The notes under the pieces were generated by a model, which saw nothing but the letters and a program-made list of their open reading frames with translations, was not told the DNA's origin and ran no database searches. A stretch of DNA of 63,432 nucleotides, filler included, from Choristocarpus tenellus KU-1152 (lineage: Eukaryota > Protista > Phaeophyceae): the NCBI GenBank assembly GCA_964200185.2. It is 12 parts of 12 records of this genome, joined end to end, with 100 filler letters (N's around TTAATTAATTAA, not from the genome) between each part and the next. Parts side by side here need not be neighbours in the genome. Positions count along the whole stretch, not along the records: positions 26,327 to 29,258 come from CAXNAD020023562.1; positions 29,359 to 32,201 come from CAXNAD020024268.1; positions 32,302 to 35,007 come from CAXNAD020025460.1; positions 35,108 to 41,312 come from CAXNAD020008687.1; 8 more parts are not named here. One strand, given 5' to 3'. Each line of letters opens with the position of its first letter. Within the stretch, counting starts at the first letter, position 1. The translations under genes were made by a program, and so were the position numbers. Of this stretch, positions 26,327 to 38,089 are shown piece by piece.

Positions 26327-29258
26327 CCCCCTCTCCTCCCCTCGTCCCTTGAATGTAGTCTTCTGTCCTTCTCCCAGAAACCCCCCCTTTCCCTCGCCTC
26401 TGTAGCGGACCGTAGAAATTTCAAGACCTTGGTAGGAATCTTTTTGCCATTCCCTACAAGTTTCTCGCAAGCCCAAACAATACCCGCCACGGGTTCCCAG
26501 CTTACGTCTTGAAGCCGCTTCTGTTTCCCACTTTGCCCGGATCTATCACCAGGGTGTATGTAGCCTTCTACAAAAGTACTTTTTCCATACTTCTCAAGGT
26601 TAATGAACGCGGCGTTGTCACACGTGCGATCGCTGGTCGGCCGAAGCCAGTGAAGATCCACCCCACGCTCCCCGTCCTCGCCGACGCGCTCCGCTAGGAT
26701 CTTGTCGACCAAGAGCGGCGCCTCCGTTGCCAGAAAAAAGGCAAATCTGCCTTTCTGTACGGAGACAAGGTTTCCATGGTTCGCCGATGTCAACATAGCA
26801 CAAGGCCAACCCCGTCGACGGGAGTCAGCTTCTTCCTTGTTGCTGTCCGATGAGGAAGAGTCTGTTTCGTCGAGCCCGCCGAGATCATTGTCACCGCTGA
26901 CGAGATTATCTCCTCCACCCGAGCGTTCACCCTGGTCGGTGTCTTCGACGCGCGGGAACCAGTTCCCGCGCCATCGTCATCGGTGGGAAGCCAATGAACT
27001 GGGAGGTCGAACTCTCGTTCCCCTGTCTTTCTGAGAAGCCGCACAGACTCGCTTTGCTCGTGTTTCGCTCTCTGAATGGCTTCATCGTCTGTGAAGGTGG
27101 AATCCATGAGCACGAGAACATCAACGGTACGGAAACATGAATGTTACTTTGTAAGCAGGCGTGAGGTTTCACGAATGCGCTCGGGGAGCATGCTGTGTGG
27201 GGGAGGGTGTATATTTCGTCGGATTCGTTTGTGTTGAGTACAAGACCGGTACCTTCAAAACACTTATCGGGGTAATCTATTGTACTTTTCATTGTAACAT
27301 GCGACGATCACTACGCAGGAGAATGGAAAATGTTTTGATATTCTTTTTGTAAAGGGGATAAAGGCTGCCTCTTACAGAAGTTGCACCAAATTGTTTTGGC
27401 TGCCACCGAATACCAAAATTAGCTATCAACTCCCCTCACGAAAAAATCGACTTACCCAGTGGGTACACAGCAGGGAGGCGCTCATGCGACGCCTGGTACC
27501 GCTGCTCCACCTTGAGGATGACGTCTTCTGGAACGCTCTTGAGCTGGTAGGGTGGTGCATCTTAGATACGAGGCGGGTGGCCGATGAAGAGGTCGTGCAG
27601 AGGGGCGTTGGGATCGATAGCAAGGTCTACGTCTATCCCACTCCATTCGGTGCTGTGCATGTATGGCTTAACGCTAACCTTAACCCGCCCATCACCGCCT
27701 TTTCCAATGCGAAAGGCCCTGAGCGCGTGATGTTCGGGACACGGTTGACGCGACCGCCAAGGAGTCCCTTCAAGTTGCCCTCGTTTCGTAGGGTCTTCCA
27801 GTGGACAGGAACCTCCGTGTAGGAGGCCTGCAGCTCTTCACCCAGCTGTGTTCTCGTGAATATGTTCTTCCCTTTGATACCATGCGAGAACCTGAAGGTG
27901 AAATGCAAGCAAGTTAGTTTTGAGGCGGGGGCGAAAGAAACGAAGTGGAGAAGCAAGATATATATGCAGACACATGCTCCGATGCATGTATATGGAAGTA
28001 TAGATGTAAGAAGGGGTGATGCGTACATTTTTTTATTGTTTTGTTTGTACAGTAGGTTAGGAAACAGTTTTGGCAGCTGCTCTTATCGTTCAATTTTTTG
28101 GTGGGGAAATCAAAAGCCAATCAATCAATTACAGTGTATGACCATATACCATCCATGGATGCAACAAGCGTGAGCCGCAAGCCTCAAGGTAGTACCTGTC
28201 GGTATGAAAACACTATGTGGCTATCGCACTTGCATATCTTGCCTAATTACCTGGAGAACATCTGATCGATTTTGATGTGCGTGTGCCCCACCATCATAAA
28301 ATGTATCTCGACCACACGAATGACACTCGCCGCGACCAACAGCCCCGCATATCCGAGGAAGAAATTGTTCTTGTTCTCTGAGACGCAGTTGTCGACCTGG
28401 CAAGTTTGGGGAGTCGGGAGGGAGAGAGGGGTAGGCGTGAGGCCGATATGTCAGACCTTTCGCCGCGTTTCGTGGAGGAACAGTGTATGTATCCAGTACT
28501 GCTAGAGCGCAAGGTCTACATCACCGCCATGATACATGTAACAAGCAACACACTAACCAAAACTAAAGACCGTGCAGTTAGATTTTTGGTGACCGGTATT
28601 CAGCGAGTATGTGTTGAGTAGGTCGTGTCAAGATGAAACTTTCTTACCTGCCAATGGGCGTGCTGGATGATGTGACTCCCCGCGTGATCGAGGCTGTTGT
28701 GGTACTTGTCGATAAGCCTTGTGAGGGCAAGGTGGGTGGCTGTTCAGACAAGGTTACAACCTGTACGAACGATGATGTCCGTCGTTAGTTGGCAAATAGT
28801 ACTCTGCTTACTTACGCATTGTATATTTGGAGCTAAAAAGAGGGGTAATGGAATGTATTTTTGCAATGTAGAGCAAATACACCCGACTGGCTGATATACA
28901 TGTGTGTGGGTTTCCCTCCTCCGTTGATTAGCTCTTACGTTCCTCTCGCCCTAACCCCAAGCTGATGCGTACAATGGCAGGGGAGCACAGGGCATAATCA
29001 GTTCATCGACGTTTCACTAGGCCTGTGGTATCTGTAGGCACATGGTGTAAGGATGTACTCGTCCTCAGGTATCTAACCTACGGCAGGTCCACTCGCCACG
29101 ACGGAAAACCAAGTCGTGCGTGTGCAACAATCATCTATTCAGTCATGTGATTGTTTGCCACGACCAACATTACGTACCTCCTCCAAGATTCATAGGAGTG
29201 AAGAACACCTCTGCGAACTGGCCTTCGACGTGTGCAGCCATGATTTTCTGTCGCTCGG
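26327..29258 (-). mobile_element. Intron-containing Sola-like (DUF7869-type) DD transposase pseudogene, cut by gaps at both ends. Exons 29258-29178, 28760-28648, 28396-28251, 27891-27456, ~27113-26327.
   Basis: Spliced GG|GCNL...WQ|VDNCVSENKNNFFLGYAGLLVAASVIRVVEIHFMMVGHTHIKIDQMFS|RFS. In-frame TGA at 28744-28746, TAA at 27562-27564, and frameshifts. Confidence 0.82.
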
Positions 29259-29599
29259 NNNNNNNNNNNNNNNNNNNNNNNNNNNNNNNNNNNNNNNNNN
29301 NNTTAATTAATTAANNNNNNNNNNNNNNNNNNNNNNNNNNNNNNNNNNNNNNNNNNNNCCCTAAATGGACGCTCTGGTGTAGACCCCCCCCCCCCGCCCA
29401 GATACTTTGGGTCTCATATTTAGTAAGACGGTACAGAACAAGAAATCTGAGAAGAAAAATGCAGATGATAAAGTTTGCTCAGACTCGATATCATCGGTTT
29501 GTTTTAAGTGAATTTGATTGAAGTCATGCGATTTTGGAAGAGTATGCACCTTATATATGTCCACCCACTCAACATACTGGTATTTGTATGCTGTCCTGG

Positions 29600-30300
29600 C
29601 ATTGCTCCAATATGGTGTGTGATTAAGAGGCAGGACTTCTTTGAGGTAGTACAGATTATGCTACAAGTTTCCTTTGTATGTGGTTGGACTGCAACTTGTG
29701 TGGGTTTGACTTGCTGTTTGCTCTTGCAATGTCCGATAATATCACATCAATTTGGCATGTTATAAATGATTCAGTCCTCACATTTTATGTGGAAATCAGT
29801 TTTTTTTCCTCTTCATGTAGCGTTGTCATTTTACATTTCTGTACCTTGAAGTATCTAAATGTAGTACAGCGTTCATGGAAATTGGAAGGTTGGTTCAGAA
29901 AACATTGCAAGTATAAGAGTTTGATTTTGTGTAGTGCATACTTCGCTCAAGGCATTAAGATAACCTTTTACTTCTTCCCTGACATGTAAGGAATCCCCTG
30001 GTAGTCTCTGAAACTTGATTCTTTTTGACTGTGCCCTTGAATGCTTTGCTGCGGACCTTGAATTGCCACAGGTGTCATATTCAACTGTGTGATCGAGGGA
30101 ACTAGACAAACTAGACATAAAGTATATGCGTGCACAATTGTATTTTGAGGATTTGATACCTTTATGCAACCAATGGCCATTTGAATCAAGTTTTTTTAAC
30201 GAGTCAACACACTTACGGCCTTCTGAATGGTAATATGGTTGTGTCAGGAGGAGAACAAACAAGGTTCGTGTAGGTCAAGATCAAAGCAAAGTAACACAAA
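29600..30300 (-). mobile_element. Possible decayed hAT-like transposase (BED-finger-like region)
   Basis: Frameshifted IVHAYTLCLVC...YDTCGNSRSAAKH. Weak evidence. Confidence 0.25.
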
Positions 30301-30539
30301 AGGGTTTTACAATACGCAAGCCACTGGCTGAACATTCGTGAGAACCTGGATATGGAGTTAGATGCACATGCACAAACATTGTCAGTTCCAGTCACCATGG
30401 TGTGAGGGGTTTTTGGTCAGCAAGAAGCCAAGTTGTGCAGTAGCCTCAATCTGGTGATTGGCATGGATATATGCCTTTCACGACTTTGTGAACCTGAATC
30501 TTTCGAGAGCTGTGAGAAATGAGACACTTCTGTAGCAGT

Positions 30540-31640
30540 AGAATATTACATTTCAGTACATCGATAACCAAATTCATCTACACACATTTACTAGTTCTGG
30601 TCGATTGGTGGCCACTCTTTGCACCCTTCTGGCCAGACAACAAGGGCCTCATGGAGAAGCCCTTACACAGCCCATTTGTACAAGCCCAACGGCGCAGGCC
30701 CTGGGATTATTGATCCATACCATTATTTCATCAGGAGGGACCTGGCAGGGGTTAATTGGTTCAGGCAGAGTTAACTGGGTAGGCACAACTGCTCCTTCTC
30801 GAATACTGGAGGGACAAACCTTGACGATTTATGAAGCTAAGCTAACAAGGAGGACCTGGCATGACATCATACGTCTACTGAACATGATACATTTTGACTC
30901 CTTCATGACACACAGATAGCCAATTTCCCCTGCAGATCCAGAGGAACAGGGGAGGAAAACTTCTGATTGGCTCTATTACCCACCGCAGGAACCATAGGGT
31001 GGTACATCGGCTGCTGCACACTCACTGGAGCTAGCATACCGTATTCCTCTGCATTTTAGCCTCACCGGCAGCAGGTTTCTAGGGAGAGAGGAATTTCTGT
31101 CGAGCACATGACTGGGTGTAGGTGGCAGAACGTTGACACTAGGTATGCACGCACCTGCCCTAGGGTGGGAGTTCAAGTACATCAGCACATACCAATGGTG
31201 AAAAGGTTAACTCAATTCTGCCAGGGAATGGGCACCCTTGCACACTGGAGGATGGCAGTCCGTCCGTCCATGGAGGAGAGAAACTTTTGCATTGATGTGT
31301 TCTATGCTGGGGTATTATCAGAGGCTGGCTCAGTCTACAATCTTATTGGGACAATGACCTACATCTGGATGTTATCATCGTAGGCGACCAGGCAGCTTGC
31401 CACCTGACCAACTCATCACATGAGCAATAGTGTCACTGCTGTAGCAGCTGAGGTGCAAAAGCACACCCACTGAGGGATCTATTGATCATTGTAGTTTTAG
31501 TCTCGAACACCTTTGCAGTGGAAACATAAGGGCAACTCAGTAAGAAGCAGAGCGCTTCCTCAATTTGGTGACCACTTGTGTGGTTAGCAAGAGAGGGTCG
31601 AGGACTATGGTAGGAAAGGGGTTGTAAAACCTCGTTTGAG
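30540..31640 (+). mobile_element. CRE-like non-LTR retrotransposon 3' remnant (zinc knuckle plus restriction-like endonuclease)
   Basis: GCRWQNVDTRYARTCPRVGVQVHQH knuckle, then LHLDVII..AVAAEVQKHTH..TFAVE, homologous to 32700-33100. Confidence 0.7.
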
Positions 31641-32699
31641 GCAAGATACTGTCCAGGGTGCTTGTTATTTTTGTAGCTAGAGACACCAGTTTGTGGGCAA
31701 GAAGGGGCCTCACAGATTCTTGGGATTCTTCCCTAGATCCTCAGCCACCTCCTTATATTAGAGCTAGGCTAGGAGCATAGCAATGTGAACATCTGTTGAA
31801 GAAGTTCTTGTAGTTATGGTCAAAGGTCTTATCCCTGCCTTGACACACCTCCAAAATGTCAGTAGGGATAATATGGACTATATAGAGCTATATATGGTGA
31901 ATTCTTTACGTACAGTCATACTATATGACCAATTCATCCTCCTCCAACGTTTGAAAAATAGGATACATCTATGGGTTGCCCACCAATCCACAAATCCTAA
32001 TCTTGCACCCACTACTGAAAAAGTTGAGGGTCAGCGACTGTTTTTGCCCCCACCAGAATGAAGTTGGCACTTCAACTACCATTTTCCCTGAAAACTGGAG
32101 ACTTGACTATTTATTTATTATTTGGTCATTATGGTCCCCAATTGTGATGAGACATCGTTGACCAGTTCCTTTTTATATGATGATATTGATGATAATCCAA
32201 GNNNNNNNNNNNNNNNNNNNNNNNNNNNNNNNNNNNNNNNNNNNNTTAATTAATTAANNNNNNNNNNNNNNNNNNNNNNNNNNNNNNNNNNNNNNNNNNN
32301 NAAAAAAAGAGTTCTGAGACCGGAACGGCCCCCCCCCCACAAACCACCCCCCCCCCCCCAGATACATTGAGCTAGGTAGAGTGAGAGAGGGGTCCAGAGG
32401 CAGGCTCAACGAAGATTGAGACAAGACTCAGAAGGTCAATTTCCTGATTTCTACGCCCCTTGCAGGTCATGTGTCATGTGGGATGACCCAGATGATTATC
32501 ACATTCACTGGAAAGAGACAGCTTAACCAATTCTAATTGTCTGTTGTAAGAGTTACAAATGTTCTCAGGTCGCAACTCCCTCCTGATGAAGATTTGTATT
32601 GTCTAGATTTCGGTCCTTTCCCTGATCTGACACACAAGCCACACATTTGCAAATGTCCGAGTGCATTGTAATATGCAGTGGTACTCTAGACAGAAATAT

Positions 32700-33210
32700 C
32701 TTCATGGATCTGGTCTTCCATGCTGGTGAACTCGCGGATGCCAGATCAGCTCCCTACAGAGACCAATGCCTCCTCCTGGATATTACGTTTGCGGAATTGC
32801 AGGCAGCATCTCACCTTCCACACTCATCCACCAGCAATAGCGTAGTTGGTGTAGCAGCTGAGGAGCGAAAGTACACCCACTACAAGGGCTCTTTGGATCC
32901 TCATACTTATAACCTCAACACCTTAGCAGTGGGAAATTTTGAGTGCCTCAGTAAGCAAGCAGAAGGTTTCCTGGATGAGCTGGCTACACACAAGTTAGGG
33001 GGGAGAGGAACTGGAGGCTATGGCAGGGAAGGGGCTATCAAATCCCGCCTATGACAAATGGTCTCTGTTACAACACAGGCGGCGCTGTCTAGACGTGCCA
33101 TGCGTTGAATCTGGAGATACCAAGGAGATGGGCAAGGAGGGGTTTGTTAGATTCTTCGGATGCTTCCCTAGCTCCTCGCCCTGGGGTGCAGGAATAAGCT
33201 AGGTTGGAGG
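32700..33210 (+). mobile_element. CRE-like non-LTR retrotransposon restriction-like endonuclease (RLE) fragment
   Basis: MDLVFHAG...LLLDITF...AAEERKYTHYKGSLDP...LAVGNF..LSKQAEGFLDELA...QMVSVTTQAALSRR, the D...D...K pattern of RLE domains. Confidence 0.75.
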
Positions 33211-33429
33211 CACAGGAGGACAGTGGTATAGCATAGTTGGTAGTAAGAGATTTATGTTTTTCACTTTTCCGACAACTGTTACTTTTTTAGGGCTTTTTGT
33301 GACATGTAAATAGTTCTCATTAGCTTTTTAGTGACACTCTACAAAATGTTTTCAGGTATATTTTGAACATTATTTCCAATTTATCCACTACGACTCGTCA
33401 TTACATGGAACAAGAAAAAAAAATGGGTA

Positions 33430-34310
33430 GCCAATCGCTACACCATAACTACCACCAGCAATATCATCCAGTCTGTTTCCCGACTGGCTTGGGCTAGGGA
33501 TCGTGGTTGTTACTGGAATGATGAAAATACCTGTACCCAAGCGGCCAAGTATGATGACCTGGCAAACCTGATGTATACAAGGGGTAGAGACTGTCCGAGG
33601 GATGCTCAGACCTGTTCCAATGCCGCCAAGGAAGTGTCTACTAGATTCCTTGAAGTGGGCCTGGGCCAATGGTTGTCCGTGGGATACCAGGACCTGTTCC
33701 TTTGCTGCAAGATGAGATCACATAAATGTGCTGAAGTGGGCTAGAGCCAATGGCTGTCCATGGGGCATAGGGACTTATGAACCTGCTCCCTGTGGCAAAC
33801 ACCAGAATGCCTTGAAATGGAGAAGGGTGAATGATTGCTTTTGGGATGCAATGACCTACTCCTTTGCCACATCGAAGGATCATCTGAATAGCTTGAGGTG
33901 AGGCAAGGCCAACAGGTGCCCCTGGGTTGGTAGAACTTGGAGTGGAGAGTGCTTCCTCAGTGCTGCGGAAGGGGGTAGCCTAGACATCCTGAAGCGGATC
34001 AGCGCAAGAGACTGTCCGTGGGATGCTCAGTTGCCGTTTTGAAGGGACATCTGAAAGTAGTAATCTGGGCAAGGAGCATCAGTTGCCTGCGTGATATGCA
34101 GGGACCTGTCAACAAGCTGCTGTTGGGGGCCACCCACACATCTTAAAGTGGGCCAGTGCCCTTGGGGCAAGTCGACCTATTCCACTGCCGTTGACAGGGG
34201 TTACAAAGACATCCTGCAGTGGGCGAGGGCCAATGGTTGCCCTTGTGGTGAATTGACCGTATCTCCCATCATGACTCGTCGATATCTGCACATCTCCACC
34301 TGGGCCCTTT
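33430..34310 (+). pseudogene. Decayed ankyrin-repeat gene of NCLDV-like type (WARANGCPW repeats)
   Basis: Repeated LKWA(R/W)ANGCPW / TC..AA..G.L units disrupted by stops and frameshifts, with no evident introns. Confidence 0.85.
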
Positions 34311-34952
34311 TTTTCCCACAAGTGATTCTTTATCTTGACTGCCGTGCAGGGGGGTAAATGGGTATATTTTCTGCTAAACCATTTCTATGGAAAATGATGG
34401 AATGGCGTCAATTTTCCGACCACATCCTGAGTACTTCAATGTCATGGTGACCAACGTTTAAGTCTTAACGCCCCCCCCTTACATAGCACCAACGAATTCG
34501 TTTGAAAGACTGTACCTCCTACACCCAGCGTGGCCAAGTATCAATTTTTGGTTTGTTTCCTCACCAAGATCTAGAATTTGCAAAAAAATAGTTCTAGGTG
34601 AAGTAATGTGAAGATTTCACTTCAAGATGAAGCAGTTTCTGTTGGAAAATCAGTACTGTCCTCTTTTGCCTTCTTACATTCTTACAGTATTTCGTTATCC
34701 ACTACTCAGGCGTCACCCTGCCCTTTTGACACCTTTTGCAGGGGTAATCTTTGCCTCAACGCTAACACAATAGCTTACCAGTCAAGTGGATTTTGTCCCC
34801 ATTGTGTGCAATTTTCTTGGTATTTTTGTATTTGCTTGCTTGCTTATCTTTCATTTTTTCGAACTCTCTGGTTCTGTGGGTAACCATTTGCAGGATAAGC
34901 TTCGTGCGTGGTTCCTGTTGGCCCTGAAGCCTTGCTTTGAGGCTGAAGAACA

Positions 34953-35007
34953 GAGCCAAAGTATCTTAGAAGGTAGAGCTGCGTCCATTTGGGGATCAAA
35001 ATACAAT
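34953..35007. mobile_element. MITE family B terminus truncated by the contig end
   Basis: GAGCCAAAGTATCTTAGAAGGTAGAGCTGCGTCCATTTGGGG is the reverse complement of the family B right end. Confidence 0.8.
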
Positions 35008-35786
35008 NNNNNNNNNNNNNNNNNNNNNNNNNNNNNNNNNNNNNNNNNNNNTTAATTAATTAANNNNNNNNNNNNNNNNNNNNNNNNNNNNNNNNNNNNN
35101 NNNNNNNCCACCCCCCAGATACTTTGAGCCTGGAGCAGCCCAGAACAAGGTTTATTCCTAATTCTTCCCTTTTCCCCCCTGACCTTGGTACATGCATAAG
35201 TCCTATGAACTTCTCTCCATTGTGGCACCTAATGAAGACATCAATATTGTCAAGGTGAAGTGCCTTTGGAACAACGCCATAAAGGGTGTATTTGAGACCC
35301 CAGCAACAACAATATTACACTAGAACGAACTACATTAGCATATAGTTGCCATACCAATATAGTACAAAAACAGTAGATACAACTATTGCTCTCAAAATGG
35401 GTTCAATATGGAGTTGAACACATTGAAGAGATTTAGCAGTTTGTGGTTGCAAAACACACTCCGAGATGTCTTGGAACAAACAAATGGAGTGCTACCTATA
35501 ATTGATGACTACGCCATACATGCTTGACTTGATTCAAAACCTGTAAGTTGGTTCTTAAAGTAATTCTTGTAGTGCTGATTTATTTTCTTCAAGACGATCG
35601 ATAAGAATACCTTTGTTATAGGGCTTATCATCAACTGCCACAGAATGTATCTGCAACAGGCAACCTCTATTCATAATCCATATCCAAGTACATTATGTAC
35701 TCATTGGTATTGCTCGGAACAGCACATCCAATCGATTGGAAACTTTTTAGTAAAAGATGTGCTATGTGGCTTACATCTTTTTTCTA

Positions 35787-38089
35787 TCATTCTCCTTTGA
35801 CCCTTTCCTGGTTTCCCAAAAACCTCCGGGGAGTCAAAATCTGCTCCTGAAACATGAGTCTATGCCCAGTAACTTGCCTGCACCCCCGCCGCCGAAATTC
35901 ATTCGCTGGGGCATACTGTCGCTGCCCTCCTACTTCTTCTGGTCTACTCACTTCGTCTAGTATTCCTGACCCCACGACTTCATCAGTCCATATCTCATCT
36001 GGTTTTGCATTAGATTCTAATACTTTGCCTTCAAGCGTAGATTCTTCACTGTCTTCATCTCCCACTCCTCCCACCCAACCACTCCATTGAAGAGGGGGAC
36101 ACCACCCAGTCTTGTGCAGGTTTAATTTCCTTCTGCGATCTGTATTTTTTCCTTGTGACATAATATTTGACCATGCTCCACCGGAACCCCTCCTAAAATT
36201 GTTGCTAACCTCATTCGATCCAAGAGGGAACCTCATTCTGTTGGTGGTCCACATAGATGCAGCTGCCGAACAGTGATGCCCCCCTCCTCCAGCCTCACCC
36301 TGGGTACTACCATCCGGCATTACTAGCATATCTGACCTCAGTTGAATGTTGTCCTGGTCTAGGAGTGCAACCCTTGATGTCGGCATACGTGTGAGGAAGC
36401 CCATCCCCTCCTTGTCATCGGAGCTATCGCTGCCAGTGTCACTTTCCCTGCCACTTTCGCTGTTGCTGGTGCTGGTGCTCCTATGACAGCCCATGCTACT
36501 CCACAAAAAGTATTTCTCGCTGTCATTGCAACATGGCACACTTCCCAGACCCTGATCACTCATCACCCTTCTCCCTGCCACAGGAACTCTTCTCCTTTCA
36601 CGACTAACACCCCACCAACCACTGTCTTCCTCCCTTGTCTCTCCTCCAATATCACAACTGTCGTTATTCAAGTAACTCCCTTCAGGTGTATTTCTATGTC
36701 GTGGTATTTGGGCAAGCCAGTGTTGCTGATTAGGTGGTGATATTTGGAGGGGAGAAATTGGATCAGGCTGTATTCCAGCTGCCTTCATTCCCCTACTTGG
36801 AGGAGATAACACTGAGGGCGTGCTTCTCACACGTAGCAAATCTTGCTCCACTCCTTGGTTTCGTGAATTGATGTGGGTGTTGTTCAACCAAAGGGGTATA
36901 TCTCCCTCTTGTTGATTCGAACTCTCCAGAGAATAGATGGAAGATTTTACGTCAGGGATTCCTAGGCCTAAGCTGGCGAAATTGTCAACATTTCCGTTAT
37001 CGTCGTCCGACTTACTTGTGGATCCTCCTGCGTCTGCTGTCACCTCTTTACCTGCTTCTGAACGTAAGTTTAATGCTGAACTAGCATCTAGCCCACGGTT
37101 TGGGAACCGAATTTTCATGCGTCGGGGTGGAGATTCCTCTTCAGTCTCGCAGTCTCTCTGCTTCCATTGTTTCTGGGACGTTCGCCGATATAGAGGTTGT
37201 TGCTGTTTTGATCTAGGGTTCTTTATGGAGGCTGGCATAGCCGAAGTATCTTGATTCCACTGGCGCTGATTTCGTTGGGTGCCGAGTTTCAGCGCCCAGG
37301 GCTCTCCTGGGGTTATCATCTTTTGCAAACAGCCATAGCTCCGCTGATGCAGCACCTGTGCTTCCATGAGGGTAGAGTACAGCCACACGGAGAAGCAACT
37401 GGCTACACAGATGGCTGACATGAGTGTTGGACATGTCGATACTTTTTTTGCGTAGCCACCTTGACTTGGGAGCAGGACGCTACCACCAAGGACAGCATTC
37501 AACCGAATACCTTGCAAAGGAGATGAGCTGACAGGTCAATGCGTAGTTCTGGAGGGTAATTCAAAGTATACAAGCGAGAGACATCACTGTCTTACTATAG
37601 TGTATTGTTGCAAGATGGAACGTGTGTGTAAGACTCACTGATACTCAAGAACAGGAACACCGCCGAGCCCCCGAAGACCGGAGCATAGTGTTGAAGACGT
37701 CGCACTTTGCATATGTAGTGAATAGGCTCCATCTCTCCTAACATGCAGTCTACGTCATTCACTGCACAGTGCCAGAAGCGTACCCCGAGTGCTGCTAGAG
37801 CGAGAAGCCCCACGATCATTGCCTTCCAGGTGTCAGCACCGCGTCGAACGCCATACGGCTTTAAAAGTGCTTCAACGCCTTCTAAGCCAATGAAGTGCTT
37901 TTCCAAATAGTGCCCCACTGTTGCCGTCAGATAAACGAAACTAAGTCCGTGAGCAAGGGTGGATACTGCAATATTCCCCCTGCGCACAAAGTGTACTGCT
38001 ATTGCAAAAATGATGATGAGACACAAATCGATGACACAAGTCAAATCTTCAAGGAGGAGCTTTGGCTGCTTGTCCAAATCCTCATGCAT
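35787..38089 (-). CDS. Hypothetical multi-pass membrane protein with a long Ser/Gly-rich disordered C-terminus. Exons 38089-37639 and 37510-35787; a 5' exon may be missing.
   Basis: A 164-aa hydrophobic ORF and a 576-aa ORF can be joined by a 128-nt GTGAGT...AAG phase-1 intron. About five hydrophobic segments. Confidence 0.7.
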
